A DNA stretch of 64,000 bases from Mobula hypostoma (lineage: Eukaryota): the NCBI RefSeq assembly GCF_963921235.1, contig NC_086097.1:122948001-123012000 (forward strand). Reading direction: 5' to 3'. Under the pieces are notes generated by a model, which was not told where the DNA came from, did not search any database, and worked only from the letters and a program-made list of their open reading frames with translations. The translations under genes and the position numbers were made by a program. This document shows, piece by piece, positions 13,215-25,989 of the stretch (its first letter is position 1; every line of letters starts with the position of its first letter).

Positions 13215-15900
13215 CGCTGGACGTGATTTAGAATTATAGAATCTATTATCAGTTCTTTACATCCTTTCATACCCTTACGGCATCCTTTCTGCTCTACTGT
13301 AAGTATATTGTGCTTACCTAAGTGACTGGTGATTAGTTGTGAGATGCATGAGGTTATAATTTTATACATAGATTGTTACAAGTAATAGGATGATATTTTG
13401 ATGAGTCATTTGTGATTTCTCCTTAAAGTAAGAGATATGTTTTACCTTCTGTCAAAAGCGTGGGCATTTTTTCAGAATTTTTAAGAAAATTGATATATGC
13501 ATTAATAGGTACAGATGAAGGTAAGTAATTTTTTTCCAATAATTATGAACATTATCACTAGCAGTTCTTTTCCACGTGAGTATTTTCCATAACTGCTTTT
13601 AGCATATCCATTATAACTTCAGGTGTTTTCATGTTTTCAATTGTGTCTGTGCATTCTTTTTCTTTCCTAATCCAGCTTGCTTCTTGATTGTGTATCGCCC
13701 TGTTTGACCAGGTATTAGACCAAAAGTTCATTATCTCTGTGTTTGTTGGTAATTTCATGCTAGGGTTGGAGGTGTTTTGATGCATTGAATTTAGTTTCAA
13801 TGTCCTATATATAAATCTTTTTCATTGATCCTGAACAGGTAATTATGGTTTTTTTCATCTGGTACATTTCTGGTACTTTTATCCACCAAGCTTTTGTTAT
13901 AGTGTATCTTTAAATTCTACAGTGCTTTTGTTAGGTTGATTATATCTTGTATGGACCTTATATTTCTTCAGCTTTTCTGTTCACTTTCTTGCTTGGGTTA
14001 TCCACTTTATACTCCATTAGACAAACAATTTTTGTTCTTAAAGTTTCAATTTTGTTTCTTAATCTCTTCTGCCATTTCAATGTTCTCATTTTATTACTCA
14101 GTTTTCAGTTTCCATTAATGAGTGCCTCTATTCCAGAGCCAGCCATTGCACTGCACTGCTGGTGATGCTGAGCGGTCTGTTACTGTGTGTAGTTCTTCAA
14201 ATGTGTCAGGTTTTCCTAAATATTGTTGTAGTATAATGTTGTTGACACATAAACTCTTCTCAGGCTTTCAGCCAAGCCCAGGCGTCATTTGAACTGATGT
14301 TTCAATGGCAAACTCTGCCAGCTTCATCAGTGATGATCTCTAATCTGGTGTCTAATCTGGTGGTATATAAACTCAACTGAATTGCGACCGCCAGTCTTCC
14401 CTATGGCTTTTGGGACTGCCTGGTGAAGGAAGCCATTGAAATAAGACTAGAGGATAAGAATTTCAACAAAGATAAAGGTCTCACTTTAAGTAAACTCTGG
14501 AATATGATTTTAAACAAGGTGGGACAGCGGAAACCTGATTGGTTGAGGACTAACCTATCAGGAAGAACAGACAACAGGTGTTGAGTATATTTACTACTGG
14601 ACTAGACATGCCTAAGCATCATTCCTGATGAAGATAGCAGAGATTGTGATTGAAAAGTCAGTTAAAATTGACATCTGGACCTTGATAGAATCCCAAGAAG
14701 CGTTTAGGTGTCATATACATCGGGAAAGCTCTAGATCACCTTTTCACAATTTTGTTGAGATTGTTAACAATATTTGCAAATTTTGATGACATGTCTTCTT
14801 TTGATATAGGGTCTTTTTGTTGAGTGTGTACTCAGTGTCAGAGGGCTGATCGGAGGCTCAGAGTTTTTGGACGACACAGAGTCGGACCGTAGTCGGGATG
14901 GCAGGGAGAGTTTTCTTCCTTCTCCTGTCTGTGTGATATGTGGGACTTTCAAGAGACATTGAACTCTTTTATTGTGCCATGGACTGTTCTTCATCAAGTT
15001 ATAGTATTGTTGCACTGTTGTAACTATATGTTATAATTATGTGATTTTGTAGTTTTTTCAGTCTTGGTCTGTCCTGTGCTTTGTGATATCACACCGGAGG
15101 AATATTGTATCATTTCTTAATGCATGCATTACTAAATGACAATAAAAGAGGACTGTGTGTCCTAATAATCTAATCTAATGTACTGTGTTAGTATCATGTT
15201 AAATATTAGGTTAATTTTGTCTGTAAGCTCAGCTTTGTCCTCAGCATTCTGCGGAGGCTCCGCACCTGTGTTGTTGCTATTAGCGTCAGGTTGTGGAGCA
15301 GTTGTTGAACTAATTCCGTTTTCATCCATGCTTCGGGCGGGTGGGGGAGGGTGGAATTTTCATTATTTCCTTACATAGCATTGATTTGGCTGGTTTCTTT
15401 GTAGCTCTTGTGCTACTTCTAGTTTTGTTTAGTTTAACCTGTCTATAGGGATTAAGTTTCTTTTATTATCACAATACGTTGATCTGCTATTTGTTGTGCA
15501 ATTACTTGCATGAAGGGATTTTATGCTATAAACTGTTGATAAAGTTTGTCCCTGTGTGCTGTCATGTCAGTCTCAGGTTCTGTTACTCAGTAACATACAC
15601 GCATTATGAATGTGTTTACTTCTAATGACTATTTCATGCGCGTCTTTCTTCTCTTAATTGCTTGAGTGGTCTCCATTGTAAGTGGATGCTCCCCTGAGAA
15701 ACAGCCTGTGGTGTTGGTGGGTTACTTTGAAAGCTGGCTGTATCTTTTTTTCGAGTTTCTTCAGCAGTGTACCACGAGCAGTTCGTTTACCGTCATGCCC
15801 AGCGCCAGCTTCAGGTGTGACCTGGCGATCCCCAGGCAGCAGCCGTGTCACTTTATTCCATAGACATCTCTCCAGTTATAAAGTGAAAGGTTGTAGCTTT
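13215..15900 (-). mobile_element. Decayed R4/Dong-like non-LTR retrotransposon (N-terminus to start of RT), with nested insertions
   Basis: YKIITSCISQLITSHLGKHNILTVEQKGCRKGMKGCKE.LIID (R4-type RT entry); FWSNTWS...HN.EA.WI; N-terminal RMK*SLEVNTFIMR...ETDMTAHR...QQIADQR near 15650-15475. Confidence 0.7.
14251..14740 (+). mobile_element. Second-clade (Poseidon-like) Penelope fragment with inverted pseudo-LTR
   Basis: 14400-14505 encodes FWDCLVKEAIEIRLEDKNFNKDKGLTLSKLWN (GIY-YIG C-terminus); 14251-14377 is a diverged reverse complement of 14581-14705; CTGATGA...GAAA in both arms. Confidence 0.75.
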
Positions 15901-18900
15901 TTGTATCTACAGCCAAGTTGTGGTTTCAACTACTTCCAGTATGAGGAACAGATGCTGCCTCAGTCTGGGTACAGACATGTTCTTATTTTGGTCCACGAAT
16001 GCTGTTTCAATTCCCATCCGCCCTACACATCCATAGAGCTTTCCCCAATCTGCCACCTGGGAGCAGAGTAAACCCCTCATGGGCTATTTTTATTATTATT
16101 ATTATTATTTTTGTATTTGCACAGTTTGTCTTCTTTTGCAGATTTTTTTTGCTTGTCAGCCTTTGTGTGTCGATATTCATTGATTTTATTTTATTTCTTT
16201 GTTCTATTGTGGACGTTTGCAAGAAAATTAATCTCAGGGTAGTATATGTTGATCTTGAATTTTGAACTTGAAATGTGGTCTTAAACACTGATGTTAATGT
16301 TACACAGTGTGTAAGTGATGCACAGAAGGAATGTGTAACTTATGGGCTTGGCATGACATTGATGTTGAGACTTTAGAATGGATTTAAGGAAGTTGAAGGA
16401 GCAGGGGGTGGACTTCACACAATGTAAGTGAAAATTATTGATTAAAATTTCGGCTGGCAGACATAGCTACTACATTGAGGAGAAAAAAAAAGCAGTTTGC
16501 TATATAACAAAAGAAAATTATATTCAAAAAAGGTTTTGCAGTTCTCCGATGAAATGGCAGCAGTATCTTTGGAGATTGAGTAAGTAGAGTCCATTGAACC
16601 ATTTTAGCTTCTCACCTACAAGGGTCATAAACTTAGCATGAAATCAACCAAGTGCAAGATTGGTCACAAGCTGTGTGAGAGAGAGGAAGCCAAAGTTGAT
16701 TAGCTTGCTGTTGAGATTTGCTGTTGGAATTGCTGAAGGGCACGGAGGGCAATAATGTGATTAAATACAGAGGGAGAGAAACACAGTTGCTAAAATGCCC
16801 TAGAGATGACAGGCATTTTCTTGTAATATTGAAAGCCTATTGGACAACAGGGATGAAATCAGCAGCACTGGGTGCCAGCCTGAAGAAATATTAGGGCAGG
16901 CTCCATGTGAAGGGAAATGTCTACCAACAACAGTAGGAAAGATATTACCTACAACAGTAAGATAATAACATGCTACAGTAACCTCTCCACACAACCTAAT
17001 AGGCAGAGCAGGGATGTTTATATAGAGAGATAGTCAGTCACCTACAGCTCAGTTTAAACTATGTGATGCCAGCTCATCCTTGCTGGAAGATAGGACATAG
17101 AACATAAAACATTGTAGGTAGAACATAGTATAACAACAGAGTACAATACTTCAGCCCAAAATGCTGTGCTGACCCTTTAACATACTCTAAGATCACTGTA
17201 ATACTTCCCTCCTATGTAGTCCTCCATTTGTCATTCATCCATGTACCTTCCTCACCTTCTGTGCTGCTTAAACTAACTTGTTTTCCCTCTTTCTCTGTTC
17301 TGAGTAAAAGCCCTCAACTTTTCTCTTTCCACAGACGCTGCACGGCCTGCTAAGATTTTCCAGCACTTTCTGTTTCTGTCACCGTACCCAAAGCTGGGGC
17401 TGGAAGACAGAAGTTGAGTGACATGGCAGTGTAGCGGGTAGTGTAATGCTTTTCAATGCCTGCTGTAAGATCAGGGACATGGAGGCCAGTGCAGAAGGCA
17501 GCGAGAGTTCGGCACCAACTGTCTGCCTTTTGATCGCTGCTGAGAAGTATTCTGTGAGTGGCCTATCACTGTGTAGCTCGGTGTGGCAGGTATGACCTGT
17601 ACAAAAAGGACTGGTTACACCTGAACCCAAGGGGGAAGAATATCCTTGTGGGCAGGTTTGCTAGAGCACCTGGGGAGTGATAGGGCCGAGGATGGGGCAG
17701 TTAGTACACAACTAGATACAGTGGATAGTGAGGCTGTGAAGAAGGAGAGGCAGATGATAAGCTGTGGCCTAACTGTTGTTTGTATATGGTTCTGGCAAAT
17801 TCCCACCATCAGCGACACTTACAAACGCAGATGCTGGAATCTGGAGCAACAAAAAAAATGAAGGTTCTCAACCCAAAATGTCAAATGTACATTTCCCTCC
17901 ACAGATGCTGTCTGACTCAACTGAGTTCCTCTCGTATCTTGTCTGTAAACCTTCCTGTTGTTCGGTTCTGTGCCTTGACTGATAAAGTATCCTGTTTACC
18001 TTTGTCCTGCTTCTTTTAAGTATCTGGAGATAAATAATCCAATTTTTGTTCATTATCCTCACATTTATAGACCATAGCCTTTTGACGATCTCCAAAGTCT
18101 TCCTCTGTGGTCTTGCTTTTGGCTGCCAAGCCCCTCACTTCAACCTTTCCCTAAACAGAAGGAAAGAAAGAAAAAATAATCTAGGACTTTATTGTAAGAG
18201 AATGAAAGGAGATTTGATAGAGGTATACAAGACTTTGAAGGGTATAGCAGTCTTCTTTCACTGAAGTTGGGTGGGACTAGAATTAAGAGGTCATGGGTTA
18301 AGGGTGAAAGGTGAAGTGTTTAAGTCAAACATAAGTGGAACTTCTTCATTCAGATGGTAGTTGAGAGTGTGGAATGAGCTGCCAGTGGAAGTGATGGGGG
18401 CAAGTTCGATTTCAACATTTGAGAGAAATTGGGATATATACATGGATGGGAAGGGTATGGAAGTCAATGGTCTGGGTGCAGTTCAATGTGATAGGCATCA
18501 TATTAGATTGGCATAGACTAGATGGGCTGAATAGCCTGCTTCTGTGCTGTTGTGCTCTATGACTCTCTATCCTATGTCTCTTCTTCTATAAAACCAACCT
18601 CTTTCAAGCATCTTTCTCACATCTCCTTATGGGGCTTGGCATCATTTTTGTTTTACACTGGTCCTTGGAGCATTTTGTTGTGTAACAGAAATTATATAAA
18701 TAGAACTTTCATTGCTGCTATCCCATGAGTTAACTAGTGCCCAACTTGAAGGTTGGTACCTTCAAGAACATTGGAGAGGTTGTACTGTGCACTTTGTATA
18801 GCAAAGTCATGATTGTGTCCTTCATGTATTTTTTACTGAGTCCACATTTTCAGTACCTTAATTGGATCTGTATTGTGGGAATAGAAAAACAAATGCAAAA

Positions 18901-19909
18901 ATGTCAACTATATTAAATAACTCAAAGGCAGTGGAGAAAATACAAATTAATTTATTCTTCAACACCTACATTGCAACGTATTAAATCTGCAGTGGCTCCT
19001 GGCTAGGGAACAATTGCCATAAAATATGACTATTTCAAGCAGGACAAGTAGTTTTTTTTTGGAACAGACTGAATTAGCTGGTTTGAATTTATGAACAAGT
19101 TCTTGAGGTGGGGGAGGAATGGTATAAAATTACCTGGAACTCTATTTTTATTGTAATGATATCAGTACTTCACCTGAAAGACTGTGGTAGTTAAGAAGAC
19201 AGCCTGCCTCCACCTTCATGAGAATACTTGTTATGTAGAGGCCATGTCTCTGGGTATATTTAAGGAGGAGGTTGATAGATTCTTAATTAGTAAGGGCATC
19301 AAAGGTTACAGAAGACAGAAAAATGTGGTTGAAAAGGAAAATAAATCAGCCATGATTGAATGGTGGACCAGACTTAATGGACCAATTGGCCTAATTCTGC
19401 TCCTATGTCTTATGATCTTATCACATGCCTATCAACAAATTGGGGTAGAGTTTGGTTTGTATAGAACCCGAACAGTAGGGACATCAAACCAAACCTCTAT
19501 CAAGGACAAAGGTAGGAACAGACAATGTGGAAAAGTATTTTAAGAGGGGGAGGGCCAATTATGATGATATTAGGCAGGTTCTTGTTTGCATAAATTGAAA
19601 ACCAATATTCTTAAGGAAATGTACAAACAGAAATGTGGAGGTTGTTTAGGGAGCACTTACATTGGGTTCTGGATAGGTTTGTCTCACTGAGACAGGGAAA
19701 AGATGGTAGGGTGAAAGAATCATGTTTGACAAAGGAGGTGGAACAATTAGTTGAGAGGAAGAAGAAGGTATACTTAAGGCTGAAGTATCACAATTGAGAG
19801 AGTCTTTGACAAATGCGAGAACACTGTAGAACAGGCTAATATGCTAGAGCAAGTTGAGGCTGAGAAAGGAGTATTGTTGGAGCTGCTGAAAAACATTAGG
19901 GTAGTTAAG

Positions 19910-20044
19910 CAACACACACAAAAATTGCTGGTGAACGCAGCAGGCCAGGCAGCATCTCTAGGAAGAGGTACAGTCGACGTTTCGGGCTGAGACCCTTCGT
20001 CAGTACTAATTGAAAGAAGAGATAGTAAGAGATTTGAAAGTGGG
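19910..20044 (-). mobile_element. Solo Penelope 3' terminal fragment with hammerhead motif
   Basis: Close copy of 34045-34180; flanked by AGGGTAGTTAAG (19898-19909) and AGGATAGTTAAG (20045-20056). Confidence 0.85.
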
Positions 20045-20065
20045 AGGATAGTTAAGTCCCCAGGG

Positions 20066-20121
20066 CCAGATGGGATGTACTCCAGGTCACTACCCAGATG
20101 GGATGTACTCCAGGTCACTAC
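20066..20121. repeat. 28-bp tandem duplication
   Basis: CCAGATGGGATGTACTCCAGGTCACTAC x2. Confidence 0.9.
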
Positions 20122-20750
20122 TTGAAAAGAGGAAAGATATTGTTGGAGTGTTGACAATGATCTTTGTGTCCTCCCTGGTCACAGGAATGGTACCAGAGGA
20201 TGCTTTTCCATTGTTCAAGAAAGATAATAGGGAAATCCTGGGAATTATATACCACTGAGTTTTATTTCAGTGGCAGGCAAACTATCAGACAGGATAGTTA
20301 GGGAGAGGAATTACGAGTATTTGAGAAACTTATCTTATTGGGGTGGTTAGCAAGGCTTTGTGAGGGGCAGATCATGCCTCACGAGCCTGACTGAATTTGT
20401 CAAGTAGATGACAAAACAAACTGATGAAGCTAGACCAGAGGCTGTGGTGTACATGCATTTTAGTAAGGTATTGGATAAAGTTTCCCTTGGTAAACTCAGG
20501 AGGCATGGAATCCGGGGAAATTTGGTTGTGTGGATTCGTAATTGGCTTACCCACGGAAAGCAGAGGGTAGTTGTAGAAGGAGTATATTCCGTCTGGAGGT
20601 GAGTGACCAGAGGTGTCCTGTAGAGATCTGCTCTGGAACCCTAACTCTTTGTGATACTTATAAATGACTTGGATGAGGAAGTGGAAGGGTGGGTTAGTAA
20701 GTTTGTAGATGACACAAAGCTACATGGTTTTGTGGATAGTATAGAAGGTT

Positions 20751-23700
20751 TGTTGCCTTCCGGGTGCCAGGGTCTGGGGTGTTTCTGACCAGGTGCATAA
20801 CATCCTGGGACAAGAGGGAAAGCAACCAGAAGTTGTGATACATGTTGGTACCAACAACATAGGCAGGAAGAGGGATCAGGTCCTGAAGTGTGAGTTTCGG
20901 GAACTAGGCAGAAGGCTGAAGAACAGGACCTCAAGAGTGGCGTTCTCAGGATTGCTGCCAGTGTTATGTGACAGTGATGGTAAGAATTGGAGGAGATGGC
21001 AATTGAATGCGTGGCTGAGGAGTTGGTGCAGGGAGCAGGGTTTTAGATTTTTGGATCATTGGGATCTCTTCTGGGGAAGGTGGGACCTGTACAGATTGGA
21101 TGGGTTGCACCTGAACTCGAGGGGGAGCAATATCTTTGCAGGTAGGTTTGCTAGCATGGTTCGGGAGGGTTTAAACTAATTTGCAAGGGGGATGGGACCC
21201 GGAGCGATAGAGCAGTGAAAGAAGTGCATGGAGTAAAGCCAGATCTAACATATAGAGAGACTTTGAGGAAAGAGAAGCAGAATAAACAGCATAAAGGTAG
21301 TAAGGTACAAGGGCTGAAGTGTGTGTACCTCAATGCAAGAAGCATCAGGAACAAAGGTGATGAACTCAGAGCTTGGATACATACATGGAATTATGATATA
21401 GTGGCCATTACATAGGCTTGGCTTGCACCAGGGCAGGAATGGATTCTCAATATTCCTGGATTTCAGTGCTTTAAAAGGGATAGAGAGGGGGGAAAAGGGG
21501 AGGAGGGGTGGCATTACTGGTCAGGGTTACTATTACAGCTACAGAAAGGGTGGGTAATGCATCAGGATCCTCTTTTGAATCAGTATGGGTGGAAGTCAGA
21601 AACAGGAAGGGAGCAGATACTCTATTGGGGATATTCTATAGACCCCCTGGTAGCAGCAGAGATACAGAGGAGCAGATTGGGAGGGAGATTTTGGAAAGGT
21701 GCAAAAATAACAGGGTTGTTATCATGGGTGACTTTAATTTCCCTAATATTGATTGGCACCTGATTAGTTCCAAGGGTTTAGATGGGGTTTGTTAAGCGTA
21801 TCCAGGATGGATTCCTGTCACAGTATGCGGACAGGCCGACTAGGGGGAATGCCATACTAGATCTAGTACTAGGTAATGAACCGGGTCAGGTCACAGATCT
21901 CTCAGTGGGTGAGCATCTGGGGGACAGTGACCACCGCTCCCTGGCCTTTAGCATTATCATGGAAAAGGATAGAATCAGAGAGGACAGGAAAATTGTTAAT
22001 TGGGGAAGGGCAAATTATGAGGCTATAAGGCTAGAACTTGCGGGTGTGAATTGGGATGATGTTTTTGCAAGGAAATATACTATGGAAATATGGTCGATGT
22101 TTAGAGATCTCTTGCAGGATGTTAGGGATAAATTTGTCCCGGTGAGGAAGATAAAGAATGGTAGGAGGTGGAAAATCTAGTCAGGTGGAAGAAGGCAGCA
22201 TACATGAGGTTTAGGAAGCAAGGATCAGATGGGTCTATTGAGGTATATAGGGAAGCAAGAAAGGAGCGTAAGAAGGTGCTGAGAAGAGCAAGAAGTGGGC
22301 ATGAGAAGGCCTTGGCAAATAGGGTAAAGGAAAACCCCAAGGCATTCTTCAATTATATGAAGAACAAAAGGATGACAGGAATAAAGGTAGGACCGATTAG
22401 AGATAAAGGTGGGAAGATGTGCCTGGGGGCTGTGGAAGTGAGTGAGGTCCTCAATAATTACTTCTCTTCGGTACTCACCAATGAGAGGGAACTTGATGAT
22501 GGTGAGGACAATATGAGTGAGGTTGATGTTCTGGAGCATGTTAATATTAAGGGAGAGGAGGTGTTGGAGTTGTTAAAATACATTAGGACGGATAAGTCCC
22601 TGGGGCCTGACGCAATATTCCCCAGGCTACTCCACAAGGCGAGGGAAGGAATTGCTGAGCCCCTGGCTCGGACCTTTATGTCCTCGTTGTCCACGGGAAT
22701 GGTACCGGAGGATTGGAGGGAGGCGAATGTGGTCCTTTAGTTCAAAAAAGGTAGTAGGGATAGTCCGGGTAATTACAGACCAGTGAGCCTTACGTGTGTG
22801 GTGGGAAAGCTGTTGGAAAAGATTCTTAGAGATAGGATCTATGGGCATTTAGAGAATCATGGTCTGATCAGGGACAGTCAGAATGGCTTTGTGAAGGGCA
22901 GATCGTGTCTAGTAAGCCTGATAGAGCTCTTTGAGGAGGTGACCAGGCATATAGATGAGGGTAGTGCAGTGGATGTGATCTACATGGATTTTAGTAAGGC
23001 ATTTGATAAGGTTCCACACGGTAGGCTTATTCAGAAAGTCAAAAAGCATGGGATCCAGGGAAGTTTGGGCAGGTGGATTCAGAATTGGCTTGCCTACAGA
23101 AGGCAGAGGGTCGTGGGGGTGAGAATACATTCAGATTGGAGGATCGTGACTAGTGGTGTCCCACAAGAATCTGTTCTGGGACCTCTACTTGTCGTGATTT
23201 TTAATTAACAACCTGGATGTGGGGGTAGAAGGGTGGGTTGGCAAGTTTGCAGACGACACAAAGGTTGGTGGTGTTGTAGACAGTGTAGAGGATTGTCGAA
23301 GATTGCAGAGAGACATTGATAGGATGCAGAAGTGGGCTGAGAAGTGGCAGATGGAGTTCAACCCAGAGAAGTGTGAGGTGGTACACTTTGGGAGGACAAA
23401 CTCCAAGGCAGAGTACAAAGTAAATGGCAGGATACTTGGTAGTGTGGAGGAGCAGAGGGATCTCGGGGTACATGTCCACAGATCCATGAAAGTTGCCTCA
23501 CAGGTAGACAGGGTAGTTAAGAAAGCTTATAGGGTGTTAGCTTTCATAAATCGAGGGATAGAGTTTAAGAGTCGCGATGTAATGATGCAGCTCTATAAAA
23601 CTCTGGTTAGGCCACACTTGGAGTATTGTGTCCAGTTCTGGTCACCTCACTATAGGAAGGATGTGGAAGCATTGAAAGGGTACAGAGGAGATTTACCAGA

Positions 23701-24147
23701 ATGCTGCCTGGTTTAGAGAGTATGCATTATGATCAGAGATTAAGGGGGCTGAGGCTTTACTCTTTGGAGAGAAGGAGGATGAGAGGAGACATGATAGAGG
23801 TGTACAAGATAATAAGAGGAATAGATAGAGTGGATAGCCAGCGCCTCTTCCCCAGGGCACCACTACTCAATACAAGTGGACATGGCTTTAAGGTAAGGGG
23901 TGGGAAGTTCAAGGGGAATATTAGAGGAAGTTTTTTTACTCAGAGAGTGGTTGGTGCGTGGAATGCACTGCCTGAGTCAGTGGTGGAGGCAAATACACTC
24001 GTGAAGTTTAAGAGACAACTAGACAGGTATATGGAGGAATTTAAGGTGGGGGGTTATATGGAAGGCAGGGTTTGAGGGTTGGCACAACATTGTGGGCTGA
24101 AGGGCCTGTACTGTGCTGTACTATTCTATGTTCTGTGTTCTATTTTT
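20751..24147 (+). mobile_element. Younger CR1 LINE, 5'-truncated within ORF1 (SGNH esterase), ORF2 APE-RT with frameshifts/stops
   Basis: ORF1 CLPGARV...VIHVGTNNIG...DGLHLN; ORF2 YLNARSI, YRPP, MGDFN, SDH, DFSKAFD, KFADDT; (TTCTATG)n-like tail; AAGGTT at 20745-20750 and 24148-24153. Confidence 0.92.
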
Positions 24148-25437
24148 AAGGTTGTCACAGTCCACAGAGGGATATTAACAGGATGCAGGGCTCAGTGGAG
24201 AAAGGCAAATGAAGTTCAATCCAGGGGTAAAGTGATACACTTTGGAAGGTTGTTTTTGAAGGCAGAGTTCTTAGCAGTGTGGAGACACAGAGGGATCTTG
24301 GTGTCTAGGCCCATAGATCAGTTAAAGTTTCCATGCAAGTTGATAGTCTATTTAAAATGTGTGTTGACATTAAAAAGGCAGAGGCTGTGTTGACATTTAT
24401 TAGTTGGGGCATCGAGTTCAAGTTATGTTGCAGCTCTTTAAACTGCTGGTCAGACCAGACTTGGAGTATTATGTTCAGTTCTGGTTGCTTCATTATTGGA
24501 AGGATGTGGAAGCTTTACAGAAGGTTTATCAGGATGTTGTTTGGATTAGAGAACAATGCCACATGAGGGAACGTTTAGCGAGCTACAGCTTTTCTCTTTG
24601 GAGCAAAGGAGGGTGAGAGGCATCTTAATGGAGTTGTATACAGTAAGATTATGAAAAGCATAGATAGAGTGGATAGCCAGCAGCTTTTTCCCATGCCGGC
24701 ACTGGCCAATATCAGCAGACATACAGCCATAGAGTCAGAGAAAAGTACAGCACAGAAACAGGACCTTCAGCCCATCTAGCCCATGCCAAATATCTGTTTT
24801 AGATGAGTGGCGGAAAGTTTTGAGGAAACATAGGTTTTTCTTCAGAGAGTATTATGTGCTATAAATGCACTGTTAGGAGTGATGGTAGAGGCTGATACAA
24901 TCGGGATGTTTGAGGACTCTTACTTAGGCACATGGATGTAAGAAAATGCAGGATTGTGGATGGTGTTGGAATGAAAGGTTAGATTGATACTGGAGTAGGT
25001 TTCTATAGATCTGCACAACATCGTGGGCCAAACGGCTCATACTGTGATATACTGCTCTATCTTCTTCTGTGTTTTGAAGCTTGATTAGACCTCACTTCCT
25101 GCATATGATTCTGGCCATCATGTCATAAAGGATAAATTTTAAGGCAGTGGAAAGTGCAAGGAAGATACAAAATGGTGATACCAGTAATGTACGGGTAGAC
25201 ATGCCAGGAAAAGATAATCAGATTGTGTCTTTTCTCTTGGGGAAAAAGACGGCTGAGGGGTGAGCTAACAGAATTTTAAATTTGGAAATGCTTTGATAGA
25301 GCGGATAAAGTTGGAATATTTCCATTTGTGGAAATATGTAACTAGAGGCTATCATTACAGGATAGTCACCAAAAAATCCAATAGTGAGTTGAGAAGAGAG
25401 CAGTGAAAACATGGAACTTACCAGAACAGGAACAGCA

Positions 25438-25989
25438 CACTAGTGACCATTTTATTAGGTACATCAGTACACCTGCTTGTTAATGCAAATATCTAATCAG
25501 CCAGTCATATGGTAGCAACTCATTGCATAAAAGCATACAGACATGGTCAAGACATTTAGTTGTTGTTCAGACCAAATATCAGAACAGGGAAGAAATGTGA
25601 TCTAAGTGACCTTGACCGACCGTGGAATGATTGTTGGTGCCAGAGTATCTCAGGAAACTGCTGATCTCCTGGGATTTTCAGGCACAACAGTCTCTAGAGT
25701 TTACAGAGAATAGTGTGAAAAACAAAAAAAAACACCCAGTGAGAGGCAGTTCTGTGAGCAAAAAATGCCTTGTTAATGAGAGATGACAGAGGAGAATATT
25801 CAGACTGGTTCAAGCTGACAGTAATTCAAATAACCATGCATTACAACGGTGGTGCGCAGAAGAGCATCTCAGAACACACAACAGGTTGAACCTGCATATG
25901 GATGGGCTACATCAGCGGAGACCACAAACATACACTCAGTAGACATTTTATTAGATATAGAGGGTACCTAATAAAGTGGCCATTGAGTG
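25438..25989 (+). mobile_element. Non-autonomous Tc1 deletion derivative
   Basis: Same TIR and N-terminal transposase as 3852 and 6329 copies; ends in a TIR-TIR hairpin at 25933-25989. Confidence 0.8.

Larger units (their letters stand above)
19420..25070 (+). mobile_element. Older CR1 LINE (19420-20750 and 24148-25070) split by insertions
   Basis: RT motifs (MHFSKVLDKV, KFVDDTK) end at VDSIEG (20750) and resume with ...QRDI.RM at 24148. Confidence 0.8.
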
